Source: an uncultured Candidatus Rokubacteria bacterium
GTDB lineage: Bacteria; Methylomirabilota; Methylomirabilia; Rokubacteriales; CSP1-6
Assembly: GCA_963754315.1 (NCBI GenBank)
Contig: CAVWFS010000019.1
Coordinates: 256,001 to 320,000 of the forward strand
Length of the DNA: 64,000 bases
Direction: 5' to 3'
Of this stretch, positions 1-9,515 are shown one piece after another. A program made the translations under genes and the position numbers. Position 1 is the stretch's first letter, and the number at the start of each line of letters is the position of its first letter. Below the pieces are notes generated by a model. It was given only the letters and a program-made list of their open reading frames with translations. It searched no databases and had not been told where the DNA came from.

Positions 1-1
1 C

Positions 2-253
2 CGTCCTGGTGTGCTGTCGCTTGCGACATTGGTGTCGCGCTTCACTGCCGATCCCGCTCGGCTGCTTGGCCTGGGCGGGGGCACCCTGAGCATGGGCGCA
101 CCCGGCGATGTCACCATCCTCGACCTCGACCGGGAACTCACCGTCGACCCTGGGCAGTTTCATTCACGTAGCCGCAACACGCCCTTCAGGGGCTGGGTGC
201 TACGCGGGGGGCCGGCCGGCACCGTTGTGGGCGGCGTGGTGGTAGGGCCGTGA
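2..253 (+). CDS. pyrC: Dihydroorotase, C-terminal part (runs off the window start)
   Basis: PARLLGL...GAPGDVTILD...SRSRNTPF.GW.L.G matches the type I dihydroorotase C-terminus; lies directly upstream of carA. Confidence 0.85.
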   Translation, partial: RPGVLSLATLVSRFTADPARLLGLGGGTLSMGAPGDVTILDLDRELTVDPGQFHSRSRNTPFRGWVLRGGPAGTVVGGVVVGP

Positions 254-1395
254 ACGTGGCCCGGCTCGTCCTGCGCGATGGCCGTGTTTTCCGAGGCTAT
301 GCTCTGGGCGCGGAGGGAGAGGCCAGCGGAGAGGTGATCTTCAACACGGCCATGACGGGCTATCAAGAGATCCTGACCGACCCTTCCTACCGGGGCCAGA
401 TCGTGGCGATGACCTATCCGATGATCGGGAACTACGGCCTCAACGACGAAGACGTCGAGTCTCGGCGGCCATGGGTCAACGGGTTCGTGGTCAAGGAGGC
501 CAGCCGGTGGCCGTCGAGCTTCCGCTCGCGCATGAGCCTGGACACCTACATGAAGTCACACGGCATCGTCGGGATCCAGGGAATCGACACGCGCGCCCTC
601 ACTCGCCACCTTCGTGATCACGGCGCCCAGGATGGGATCATCACCTCGGGTGAGGACGACCTCGATCGCCTGCGCGCCCGGGCTCGGGACCTCCCTGGCT
701 TGATCGGACGCGACCTGGTGGCCGAGGTCAGCGTGGACCGCCCTTTCACGTGGCGTGAGGGCCCGTGGGATCTGCAGCGGGGCTACATCAGCCCTCCCTC
801 GTCGCGCTTCCGCGTGGTGGCCTTCGATTCGGGGGTCAAGCTCAACATCCTGCGCCAGCTGGCGGCGGTCGGCTGCCAGGTCACCGTGGTGCCCGCCGCC
901 GCCTCTGCCGACGAGGTTCTGGCCTACGAGCCCCACGGCGTGTTTCTCTCCAATGGTCCCGGCGACCCGGAGGCGGTCCCCTATCTGATCGACACCGTGC
1001 GCTCACTCCTGGGACGCGTCCCGATCTTCGGGATCTGCCTCGGGCACCAGATCCTGGGGCTGGCGGCCGGGGGGCGCACGTACAAGCTCCCGTTCGGCCA
1101 TCACGGGGCCAACCATCCCGTGAAGGACCTCGCCTCCGGACGGGTCGAGATCACCTCGCAGAACCACGGCTTTGCCGTGGACTCCGGATCTGTGGCCGCC
1201 AGCGGCTGGGAGGTGTCGCATGTGAACCTCAACGACGACACCTGTGAAGGGTTGGCTCACCGCGAGCTGCGGGTGTTCTCCGTCCAGTACCACCCCGAGG
1301 CCTCACCGGGGCCTCACGATGCCAATTACCTGTTCCGTCGCTTCACGCAGCTGATGCACGAGGGAGGCGCAGACCCCATATGCCGAAGTACCTGA
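250..1395 (+). CDS. carA: Carbamoyl-phosphate synthase small subunit
   Basis: GEVIFNTAMTGYQEILTDPSY, LSNGPGDP, GICLGHQ (catalytic Cys), QYHPEASPGPHD. Confidence 0.97.
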   Translation: MNVARLVLRDGRVFRGYALGAEGEASGEVIFNTAMTGYQEILTDPSYRGQIVAMTYPMIGNYGLNDEDVESRRPWVNGFVVKEASRWPSSFRSRMSLDTYMKSHGIVGIQGIDTRALTRHLRDHGAQDGIITSGEDDLDRLRARARDLPGLIGRDLVAEVSVDRPFTWREGPWDLQRGYISPPSSRFRVVAFDSGVKLNILRQLAAVGCQVTVVPAAASADEVLAYEPHGVFLSNGPGDPEAVPYLIDTVRSLLGRVPIFGICLGHQILGLAAGGRTYKLPFGHHGANHPVKDLASGRVEITSQNHGFAVDSGSVAASGWEVSHVNLNDDTCEGLAHRELRVFSVQYHPEASPGPHDANYLFRRFTQLMHEGGADPICRST

Positions 1396-1646
1396 TCTCG
1401 TATCGAAAGACCGAAGGTGGCAGCGAGAAGCCCGAGTGGACGTCGTTCACGACCCAGAGCGATGCCTCGCTGGAGGCGCACGGCGTCCGCGAACGGGTGG
1501 ACCGGCGCATGAGTGTCCTCGGTGAGAAGCTGTGGGGCAACGGCGAAGCCGTCTGGATCGGCCCGGGACGGCTCGACGACGTGCTCTACCGGCGTGAGGA
1601 AGCGGCGCCGGAGATTTCCATCGTCTATGGTCTCGTGGAGGAATAG
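1380..1646 (+). CDS. Hypothetical 88-aa protein between carA and carB
   Basis: ATG with GGAGG at 1363-1367; host-like GC3-rich codons; fills the carA-carB gap; no recognised motif. Confidence 0.7.
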   Translation: MPKYLISYRKTEGGSEKPEWTSFTTQSDASLEAHGVRERVDRRMSVLGEKLWGNGEAVWIGPGRLDDVLYRREEAAPEISIVYGLVEE

Positions 1647-1649
1647 GCG

Positions 1650-4600
1650 CTGCCTCGTCGCACGGATCTCCGCCGCATACTCCTGATCGGCTCCGGCCCG
1701 ATCGTCATCGGTCAAGCCTGTGAGTTCGACTACTCAGGCACCCAGGGGACCAAAGCCCTGCGCGAGGAAGGGTTCGAGGTCGTCCTGATCAATTCCAATC
1801 CGGCCACCATCATGACCGATGGCGAGCTGGCCACGCGGACGTACATCGAGCCGCTCACCCCGGAATTCGTGGCCAAGGTCATCGAGCGCGAGCGACCCCA
1901 GGCCCTCCTGCCCACGTTGGGCGGCCAGACCGCTCTCAACATCGCCGTGGCCCTGGCCGAGGATGGGACCTTGGCCCGCTTCGATGTCGAGCTGATCGGA
2001 GCCAAGCTCCCCGCCATCAAGATGGCCGAGGATCGCGAGCTGTTCAAGGTCGCCATGGAGCGGATCGGTCTCGCCTGTCCCCGCTCGGGCACCGCCCGCA
2101 GCGTGGAGGAGGCGCGCCGTATCGTGTCCGGCGTCGGTTATCCCGTGATCCTGCGCCCCTCGTTCACCCTCGGCGGGAGCGGCGGCTCCATCGCCTACAA
2201 CCCCGACGAACTGGAGGAGGCCGTGCGCTGGGGCCTCCAGATGTCCCCCGCTGGGACCGTGCTGGTCGAGGAGTCAGTGATCGGCTGGAAGGAATTCGAG
2301 CTCGAGGTCATGCGCGATCTCGGGGACAACGTCGTCATCATCTGCTCCATCGAGAACCTCGACCCCATGGGCATCCACACCGGCGATTCCATCACGGTGG
2401 CCCCTGCCCAGACCCTCTCCGACAAGGAATACCAGCTCATGCGCGACGCCGCCGTCGCCATCATCCGGGAGATCGGGGTGGAGACGGGGGGCTCCAACAT
2501 CCAGTTCGCGATCAATCCCGAGGACGGTCGGCTGGTGGTCATCGAGATGAACCCGCGCGTCTCGCGTTCGTCGGCGCTGGCCTCCAAGGCGACCGGATTC
2601 CCCATCGCCAAGATCGCCGCCAAGCTCGCCGTCGGGTATACCCTCGACGAGATCCGCAACGACATCACGCGGGAGACGCCGGCCTGCTTCGAGCCCGTGC
2701 TCGATTACTGCGTGGTGAAAGTCCCACGCTGGGCCTTCGAGAAATTCCCGGAGGCGGATCCCACGCTCACCACCCAGATGAAGTCGGTAGGCGAGGTCAT
2801 GGCCATCGGGCGCACGTTCAAAGAGGCGCTCCAGAAGGCGGTGCGCTCCCTGGAGCAGGATCGGTGGGGGCTCACCCTTGGACGCCCCCTCGCCGATGAC
2901 GATCTACGCCGGCTGTTGAGCGTCCCCACCCCTGACCGCCTGTTCGCCCTCGGCGATGCCTACCGGGCCGGCCTCACCACAGAGGCGATCCACGCGCTCA
3001 CCAGAATCGATCCCTGGTTCCTGGAGAACATCCGCGAGATCGTCGAGTTCGAGACGGAGATCACGAGAGCCTCTCTCAGCGACCCCGCCATTCTTCGTCG
3101 GGCCAAGGAGATGGGTTTCGCCGACCGTCGCATCGCCAGCCTGACCGACTCCAGCGAGCACGCCATCCGGCTCCTGCGCCGCCAGCACGGAATCGTGGCG
3201 ACCTTCAAGACCGTGGACACCTGCGCGGCCGAGTTCGAAGCCTACACACCCTACCTCTATTCCACATACGAAGAGGAGGACGAGGCGCCGCCCACCGCGC
3301 GTTCCAAAGTCATCATCCTCGGCTCGGGTCCGAACCGCATCGGGCAGGGGATCGAATTCGACTACTGCTGCGTGCACGCCGCCTTCGCCCTGCGCGAGCT
3401 CGGGGTCGAAGCGATCATGGTCAACTGCAATCCGGAGACCGTATCGACCGACTACGACACGTCCGACCGGCTCTACTTCGAGCCGCTCACCCTCGAGGAT
3501 GTGCTCAACATCGTCGAGCGCGAACGGCCTCTTGGGGTGATCGTCCAGTTCGGTGGACAGACGCCCCTCAAGCTGGCGGTGCCCCTGCGCGAGGCCGGCG
3601 TGCCGATCCTGGGAACGTCTCCCGATGCCATCGATCGGGCAGAGGACCGCCAGCGCTTCAGCGCTCTGCTCACGGAGCTAGGGCTCCAGCAGGCGGCGGG
3701 GGCAACCGCGCGCTCGCTGGAGGAGGCGCGCGTCATCGCCGCCAGCATCGGCTACCCCGTGCTGGTCCGGCCTTCGTATGTCCTGGGGGGCCGCGCCATG
3801 CGCCTCGTCCACGACGAGGAGGACCTCGCCGACTACATTCGAGAGGCAGTCATGGTTGCCCCCGAGCATCCGATTCTCATCGACAAGTTCCTGGATGACT
3901 CGCTCGAGATCGATGTCGACGCGGTGGCCGACCGGGAGCGGGTCGTGATCGGCGGCGTCATGGAGCACATCGAGAAGGCAGGCATCCACTCTGGCGACGC
4001 CGCCTGCGCGCTTCCTCCCTACTCCCTGGGCGACGACCAGGTGCGCGCTCTGCGCGCGCAGACCAAAGCCCTCGCCCAGGCCCTGGGCGTGGTGGGGTTG
4101 ATCAACGTCCAGTTCGCCATCCGCAACGACACGATTTACGTCCTGGAGGTCAATCCGCGGGCGTCCCGGACGGTGCCCTTCGTCTCCAAGGTCATCGGCA
4201 CGCCTCTGGCCAAGGTGGCGACGCGGGCCATGCTCGGTCACTCCATTGCGGAGGTGGCGGGCCTCGAGGAGCGAGAACTGTCCCATATCGCGGTGAAGGA
4301 GGCGGTCTTCCCCTTCATCAAATTCCCCGGCGTCGACATGGTGCTCGGTCCGGAGATGAAGTCGACGGGGGAAGTCATGGGCATCGACAACGATTTCCGC
4401 AAAGCCTATCTCAAGTCGCAGCTCGCGGCCGACTCGCCCATTCCGGCCTCGGGCAAGGTCTTCATTTCCGTGAGGAATCGGGACAAGCGAGCGCTCATGC
4501 CCCTGGCCAAGCGCCTCGTGGAGATGGGCTTCTCCCTGGTGGCCACCGTCGGGACCGCCCGCGTGCTCGAGCGTCACGGGATGACGGTGGAGCTCATTCA

Positions 4601-4850
4601 CAAGGTCGCCGAGGGTCACCGACCCAACGCCATCGACCTCATGAAGCGAGGCGAGATCGTTCTCGTCTTCAACACGCCCGAGGACGGACGCGCGCGCAGG
4701 GACTCCTACATGATCCGGCGCACCGCCGTCACCCAGCACATCCCGTACTACCTCACCGTGGACGGAGCCCAGGCGGCCATCGGCGCCATCGAGGCTCTCC
4801 TCAAGGGCGAGCAGCAGGTGCGGAGCCTGCAGGAATACCATGGCGCCTGA
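1650..4850 (+). CDS. carB: Carbamoyl-phosphate synthase large subunit; apparent CTG start at 1650
   Basis: The frame upstream of the ORF-track start (1812) encodes the canonical N-terminus (M)[31 protein letters not shown]; two ATP-grasp halves and an MGS domain; GGAGG 8 nt before the CTG. Confidence 0.96.
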   Translation: MPRRTDLRRILLIGSGPIVIGQACEFDYSGTQGTKALREEGFEVVLINSNPATIMTDGELATRTYIEPLTPEFVAKVIERERPQALLPTLGGQTALNIAVALAEDGTLARFDVELIGAKLPAIKMAEDRELFKVAMERIGLACPRSGTARSVEEARRIVSGVGYPVILRPSFTLGGSGGSIAYNPDELEEAVRWGLQMSPAGTVLVEESVIGWKEFELEVMRDLGDNVVIICSIENLDPMGIHTGDSITVAPAQTLSDKEYQLMRDAAVAIIREIGVETGGSNIQFAINPEDGRLVVIEMNPRVSRSSALASKATGFPIAKIAAKLAVGYTLDEIRNDITRETPACFEPVLDYCVVKVPRWAFEKFPEADPTLTTQMKSVGEVMAIGRTFKEALQKAVRSLEQDRWGLTLGRPLADDDLRRLLSVPTPDRLFALGDAYRAGLTTEAIHALTRIDPWFLENIREIVEFETEITRASLSDPAILRRAKEMGFADRRIASLTDSSEHAIRLLRRQHGIVATFKTVDTCAAEFEAYTPYLYSTYEEEDEAPPTARSKVIILGSGPNRIGQGIEFDYCCVHAAFALRELGVEAIMVNCNPETVSTDYDTSDRLYFEPLTLEDVLNIVERERPLGVIVQFGGQTPLKLAVPLREAGVPILGTSPDAIDRAEDRQRFSALLTELGLQQAAGATARSLEEARVIAASIGYPVLVRPSYVLGGRAMRLVHDEEDLADYIREAVMVAPEHPILIDKFLDDSLEIDVDAVADRERVVIGGVMEHIEKAGIHSGDAACALPPYSLGDDQVRALRAQTKALAQALGVVGLINVQFAIRNDTIYVLEVNPRASRTVPFVSKVIGTPLAKVATRAMLGHSIAEVAGLEERELSHIAVKEAVFPFIKFPGVDMVLGPEMKSTGEVMGIDNDFRKAYLKSQLAADSPIPASGKVFISVRNRDKRALMPLAKRLVEMGFSLVATVGTARVLERHGMTVELIHKVAEGHRPNAIDLMKRGEIVLVFNTPEDGRARRDSYMIRRTAVTQHIPYYLTVDGAQAAIGAIEALLKGEQQVRSLQEYHGA

Positions 4851-5571
4851 GCTGGCGGCGTCCGATCGTCTGCTCGTCGCCCTCGACCTGGAGACCTTGG
4901 CCGAGGCCGAGGTGTGGCTGGACCGCCTTCAGGGTGTCGTGCGCGGCTGCAAGATCGGCTCTCAGCTGTTCACCGCTGCCGGACCGGCGGCCGTCGAGAT
5001 CGCCCGCAAGCGAGGCTTCCGCGTCTTTCTCGATCTGAAGTTCCACGACATCCCCAACACAGTGGCCGGCGCCGTCCGCGAGGCGACGCGGCTCGGTGTC
5101 TTCATGCTGAACGTCCATGTCAGCGGGGGTGCGGCCATGATGCGCGCGGCGGCCGAGGCGGCGAACAAGGCCGCGGCGGACTTCGCGGTCACACGACCAC
5201 TCTGTCTCGGGGTGACTGTCCTCACCAGTCTCGACCAGCGGGCGCTACAGGCCGAGCTCGGGATCACCTCCAGCGTAAGTGGGCATGTCCTGCATCTCGC
5301 CACCCTGTCCCGCGAGGCGGGCCTGGACGGATCCGTCGCCTCCCCCGAGGAGAGCCGCCTCCTGCGCGCGGCTCTCGGCCGGACGTGGATTATCGTGACC
5401 CCGGGCATTCGAGCAGTGGGAGCCGGCGACGATCAGAAACGGACGGCCTCGGCCGCCGACGCCCGGATGGCCGGTGCCGATTACATTGTCGTGGGCCGGC
5501 CCATCACGGCCGCGCACGATCCGGTGGCGGCAGCCAGTCGAATCCTGGACGATCTCGCCCGGCCCGGTTGA
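4840..5571 (+). CDS. pyrF: Orotidine-5'-phosphate decarboxylase
   Basis: [35 protein letters not shown] motifs. Confidence 0.96.
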   Translation: MAPELAASDRLLVALDLETLAEAEVWLDRLQGVVRGCKIGSQLFTAAGPAAVEIARKRGFRVFLDLKFHDIPNTVAGAVREATRLGVFMLNVHVSGGAAMMRAAAEAANKAAADFAVTRPLCLGVTVLTSLDQRALQAELGITSSVSGHVLHLATLSREAGLDGSVASPEESRLLRAALGRTWIIVTPGIRAVGAGDDQKRTASAADARMAGADYIVVGRPITAAHDPVAAASRILDDLARPG

Positions 5572-5589
5572 TCTCCGCCACCCCAGAGC

Positions 5590-6132
5590 TCAGACCGGTC
5601 TGAGTGGTCGGTGGGGCGGGAGCGGCAATTCCACACGGATGGAGTCGCCGCCGCGCACATCGCCGCCGGCCACGACGATCGCCATCACGCCGGCCTTGCG
5701 GACGAGGTTGCCATGCTCGTCACGCCCCAGGGTGGCCGCCATGAGCCCGGGCTGGATTCGGTCGAGCTGGGCGCAGGGATTGCGCAGGCCGGTAATCTCC
5801 ACCAGCGCCGCATCGCCCAAACGCAGCCGGGTACCGGTCGGTAGCCCCAGCAGATCGATGCCGCGGGTGGTCACATTCTCGCCCATCTGCCCCGCCGACA
5901 CCGCGAAGCCCGCCGCCTGCAGCTCGTCATGCAGTTCGGCGTGGATCAGGTGCACCTGGCGCACGTTGGGTTGGTGCGGGTCGCGCGCAACCCGCGAGCG
6001 ATGCTTGACCGTCTCCCCCTGATGGGCATCGCCCTCCACCCCCAGGCCGGCCAGGAGCCGAATGTGTTCGTGCATCGGCTTGACCAGCGTGTGTTTCGTG
6101 CTCCGGCTCACCGCCGTCACCGTCCCGTCCAT
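5590..6132 (-). CDS. MOSC domain protein
   Basis: GLGVEGDAH, RQVHLI, GENVTTRGIDL, EITGLRNPC (conserved Cys); start taken at MDGTVTAV. Confidence 0.85.
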   Translation of the reverse strand: MDGTVTAVSRSTKHTLVKPMHEHIRLLAGLGVEGDAHQGETVKHRSRVARDPHQPNVRQVHLIHAELHDELQAAGFAVSAGQMGENVTTRGIDLLGLPTGTRLRLGDAALVEITGLRNPCAQLDRIQPGLMAATLGRDEHGNLVRKAGVMAIVVAGGDVRGGDSIRVELPLPPHRPLRPV

Positions 6133-6179
6133 CGGTTGGCACTCCCGTCTGGGTGGCACGTGATACGATCTGAGTCGCC

Positions 6180-6848
6180 ATGCCCGTCAAGTTCATCGAT
6201 CGCAAGGAACGCGCCTCCGAGCTGCTCATCGAGATCGACGCGATCCACTTCAACCAGGACGAGCCCTTCATCTTCACTTCGGGCTGGGCCAGTCCCGTCT
6301 ATATCGACTGTCGCAAGCTGATCTCGTTCCCGCGCCAGCGCCGCGAGATCATCCAGCTCGCCGCCGAGGAGATCGATCGTAGCATCGGCCGGGAGCGCAT
6401 GACCTTGGTCGCCGGCGGGGAGACGGCCGGCATTCCTCTCGCAGCGTGGATCGCCGAGTACTTTTTCCTGCCCATGATCTACGTGCGGAAGACCGCCAAG
6501 GGTTTCGGACGCATGAGCCAGATCGAGGGGACCCTCGAGTCCGGCGCCCGCGTCGTGCTCGTCGAGGATCTCACCACCGACGGCAAGAGCAAGATCAACT
6601 TCTGTAACGCGCTCCGGCGGGCGGGCGCGATCGTGGAGCAGGCGGTCGTCATCTTCTACTACGGTGTGTACCCAGACGCCGAGAAGAACCTGCTCGAGGC
6701 GGGCATCACTCTGCATGCACTGACCGACTGGCGGACTACCCTTCACGTGGCTCACGCCTCAGGGTACTTCGACCGGAAGCAGGCGGACGTGGTGCGCGAC
6801 TTCCTCGATTCCCCCGACGCATGGTCGAAGGCCCACGGCGGCGTCTAA
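6180..6848 (+). CDS. pyrE: Orotate phosphoribosyltransferase
   Basis: FTSGWASPVYIDCR, YVRK, PRPP motif VVLVEDLTTDGKS; pyr context. Confidence 0.92.
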   Translation: MPVKFIDRKERASELLIEIDAIHFNQDEPFIFTSGWASPVYIDCRKLISFPRQRREIIQLAAEEIDRSIGRERMTLVAGGETAGIPLAAWIAEYFFLPMIYVRKTAKGFGRMSQIEGTLESGARVVLVEDLTTDGKSKINFCNALRRAGAIVEQAVVIFYYGVYPDAEKNLLEAGITLHALTDWRTTLHVAHASGYFDRKQADVVRDFLDSPDAWSKAHGGV

Positions 6849-6867
6849 CCAGCAGCGAGAGACACGT

Positions 6868-7221
6868 TCAACTGCTGAATAGTCCGTTCTGGGCGAGCAC
6901 GACCACCGCCCAGGCGACCTGAACTCCCACGAACACGGTCAACCCGCGCTCACGCCCGGCGCGAAGGATCGTGTGGTAGTGCCAGATACCCCCTCCCAGA
7001 GCCACCAGTCCGAAGAAGGAACCCGGATAGCTGGCGAGGATCCCGTAGTGCTGAGCGAGGCCGCCCACAAAGCTCCAGAGCACGAATGCTCCGAGCCAAT
7101 GCGCGATGACTGAAATCACGATCGACGCGCGCGAGGTGCGCCCCAGCATGCGCGAGGCAAACACAGTCAGCGCACCCACCGCGAGGACAACAGCGAGGGC
7201 CGAGAAGACCCAGCGCGTCAC
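6868..7221 (-). CDS. Hypothetical membrane protein (about 4 TM segments)
   Basis: 117-aa hydrophobic ORF downstream of a consensus promoter. Confidence 0.7.
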   Translation of the reverse strand: MTRWVFSALAVVLAVGALTVFASRMLGRTSRASIVISVIAHWLGAFVLWSFVGGLAQHYGILASYPGSFFGLVALGGGIWHYHTILRAGRERGLTVFVGVQVAWAVVVLAQNGLFSS

Positions 7222-7354
7222 ACCAACTCACGGTGTTGGTGGTGCCCGCCGGGCCGACAGTTCATTGCGCGGAAACGGCCGGCAGGAGCGATCCCAGTAC
7301 GTTGGGGCGAAACGCCGCGGGGCGCGGTGGACTACCAGGCATGTGGGAAGAGGT

Positions 7355-7383
7355 ATTATATGCCGGGCATTGCCGGGTGTCAA
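7355..7383 (-). promoter_or_regulatory. Perfect sigma70 promoter TTGACA-N17-TATAAT, pointing leftward
   Basis: Plus strand reads ATTATA at 7355-7360, 17 nt, TGTCAA at 7378-7383. Confidence 0.85.
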
Positions 7384-7393
7384 TCGCAACACA

Positions 7394-7422
7394 TTGACAA
7401 TGAAGGGAAATCTACATATGCT
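7394..7422 (+). promoter_or_regulatory. sigma70 promoter TTGACA-N17-TATGCT for the yicC-gmk operon
   Basis: TTGACA 7394-7399, TATGCT 7417-7422; 32 nt before the yicC ATG. Confidence 0.8.
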
Positions 7423-7454
7423 TCGACGGTGGGGGTGTCCGGGACGAGGCCACG

Positions 7455-8339
7455 ATGATCCGAAGCATGACCAGTTTCGCCCGGGCCGAGGCTAGCGACG
7501 CGAAGGCTGTCGTCGCCGTGGAAGCTCGGTCTGTCAATCACCGCCACCTCGAGATCGCCATCCGGCTTCCCCGCGTCCTGGCCAGCTTCGAGATGGAAGC
7601 TCGTCGCCTGGTTCAGTCCCGCCTTGAGCGTGGACGCGTCGATATCGCGGTCCAGCTGTCCTCGACCGCCACGACATCGCTGCAGCACGTTCGCGTTGAC
7701 CACGGTCTGGCTCGTGTCTGGGTGGGGGAAGCCCGGGCCCTGGGACAGGAGCTGAGTCTCGAGGACGATGTGAGCCTCACCTGGGTCCTGGATCGGCCAG
7801 GGGTAGCGCGCCTCGAGGAGGCCGAAGTCGCCGACCCGGCCCTGGCCTGGCCTACCTTGGCGCAAGCTCTGAACCTTGCCCTCGATGGGCTCGTGGCTCG
7901 CCGAGCTGCCGAGGGCGAGGCACTCGTCGCTGAGCTACGCGCGCTGCATGCCGAGCTAGGGGCGACGGTGGTGCAAATCGCGGAGCGGATCCCGCTCGCG
8001 ATGGCCCGCCGGACGGAACGGCTGCGCGAGCGGATCCGAGCCCTCCTCGCCGATGCCACCCTCGATGAGGGTCGCCTCGCCACCGAGGTGGCTGTGTGGG
8101 CCGAGCGTACCGACATCACAGAGGAGCTGGTGCGGTTGCGCGCCCATCTCGAACAGTTCGCCCTCACCCTCGAAAAGGGCGGACCCGTGGGCCGGTTGTT
8201 TGACTTCCTCATTCAGGAGCTGAACCGCGAGGTCAACACGGTGGGAGCCAAAGCCGACGATCTGGAGGTGTCGCAGGCCGTGATCGCGGCCAAGGGCGTG
8301 CTCGAGAAGCTCCGCGAACAGGTCCAGAACCTCGAGTGA
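7455..8339 (+). CDS. yicC: YicC/YloC family endoribonuclease
   Basis: MIRSMTSFAR, RSVNHRHLE, DITEELVRL, GRLFDFLIQELNREVNT, REQVQNLE. Confidence 0.93.
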   Translation: MIRSMTSFARAEASDAKAVVAVEARSVNHRHLEIAIRLPRVLASFEMEARRLVQSRLERGRVDIAVQLSSTATTSLQHVRVDHGLARVWVGEARALGQELSLEDDVSLTWVLDRPGVARLEEAEVADPALAWPTLAQALNLALDGLVARRAAEGEALVAELRALHAELGATVVQIAERIPLAMARRTERLRERIRALLADATLDEGRLATEVAVWAERTDITEELVRLRAHLEQFALTLEKGGPVGRLFDFLIQELNREVNTVGAKADDLEVSQAVIAAKGVLEKLREQVQNLE

Positions 8340-8689
8340 AGGTAAGGGCGGTGACGAACGGGTCGACGACGCGCCTCATCAACGTCGGGCATGGCAACGT
8401 GGTCGTGGCGAATCACGTGGTGGCGATCGTCGCCCTGGACTCGCTCCCGGTGAAGCGGCTCATCGAGAGCGCAAAGGGCAGCAGCAAGCTCGTCGATGCC
8501 ACCAACGGCCGCCGGACGCGAGCGGTGGTGGTAACGACCAGCGACCATCTCATTTTGTCTTCGCTGGAGCCAGCCACCCTCGCCCAGAGACTCGACAGCG
8601 AACGGGACCTCGCCAGCGAGATGAAGCCCCGGGTCCGGCCGGGGGCGGTACCCCGGCGCGAGGCAGGCGCCGCCGCCGCCCAATCGTGA
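8336..8689 (+). CDS. remA: DUF370/RemA family regulator
   Basis: LINVGHGNVV..N, LVDATNGRRTRAV, DHLILS; conserved position between yicC and gmk. Confidence 0.88.
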   Translation: MKVRAVTNGSTTRLINVGHGNVVVANHVVAIVALDSLPVKRLIESAKGSSKLVDATNGRRTRAVVVTTSDHLILSSLEPATLAQRLDSERDLASEMKPRVRPGAVPRREAGAAAAQS

Positions 8690-9300
8690 TCAGGCGGCGC
8701 GGCGCATTGTTCGTCGTATCCGCTCCGTCTGGCGCCGGCAAGACGACTCTGTGTCGCGAGGTCCGACGGCTACTCCCCGATGTCGCCTACTCAATCTCCG
8801 TCACGACGCGGTCGCCTCGCCCCGGCGAGGTGAACGGGGTGGACTTCGATTTCGTCGGCGATGACGAGTTCGGTGCCTTGCTCGAGCGGGGGGCGCTTGC
8901 CGAGTGGGCAACAGTGCACGGTCACCTCTACGGCACCCGCGCGAGCACCCTCGAGGCCGCCCTGGCCGAGGGCGCCGATGTTCTTCTGGACATCGACACC
9001 CAGGGCGCCGCCCAGCTCCGCGCTCGATACCCGGAGGCGGTCCTGGTCTTCATCGTGGCGCCGTCCATGATCGAGCTGGAGCAGCGTCTGCGCGAGCGCC
9101 GGTCGGACGCCGCCCCGGACATCGCGCGGAGACTCCGGCGTGCCCGGGAGGAGATCGGATTGTGGCGTCGCTACGACTACCTGATCGTGAACCGCGATCT
9201 GAAAGAGGCGATCGATCATCTGACGGCGGTCATTCAAGCCGAGCGGTGCCGGACGGTCCGGCTCGGCCTTAGATTCCCCGACTTGGAGGTCAAGGACTGA
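8686..9300 (+). CDS. gmk: Guanylate kinase
   Basis: SAPSGAGKTT, TTRSPRPGEVNGVD, YGT, DIDTQGA. Confidence 0.96.
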   Translation: MIRRRGALFVVSAPSGAGKTTLCREVRRLLPDVAYSISVTTRSPRPGEVNGVDFDFVGDDEFGALLERGALAEWATVHGHLYGTRASTLEAALAEGADVLLDIDTQGAAQLRARYPEAVLVFIVAPSMIELEQRLRERRSDAAPDIARRLRRAREEIGLWRRYDYLIVNRDLKEAIDHLTAVIQAERCRTVRLGLRFPDLEVKD

Positions 9301-9515
9301 TGGGCTTTCCCTCACTGGAGAACTCACTGAACAAGGTGTCCAACCGTTATCTCCTGGTGGTACTTGCAGCCAAGCGTGCCCGGCAGCTCAACCGGGGTGC
9401 CGCGGCACGAGTGGACGTGCGGTACCGGAAGCCGACCAGCGTCGCGCTGGAGGAGATTGCCGGAGCCAAGGTTGATTATCGGGTGAAGGAGGAGGGCGAG
9501 ACGTCAAAGGCGTGA
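9300..9515 (+). CDS. rpoZ: RNA polymerase omega subunit
   Basis: NRYLLVVLAAKRARQL, KPTSVALEEI; lies between gmk and coaBC. Confidence 0.93.
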   Translation: MGFPSLENSLNKVSNRYLLVVLAAKRARQLNRGAAARVDVRYRKPTSVALEEIAGAKVDYRVKEEGETSKA

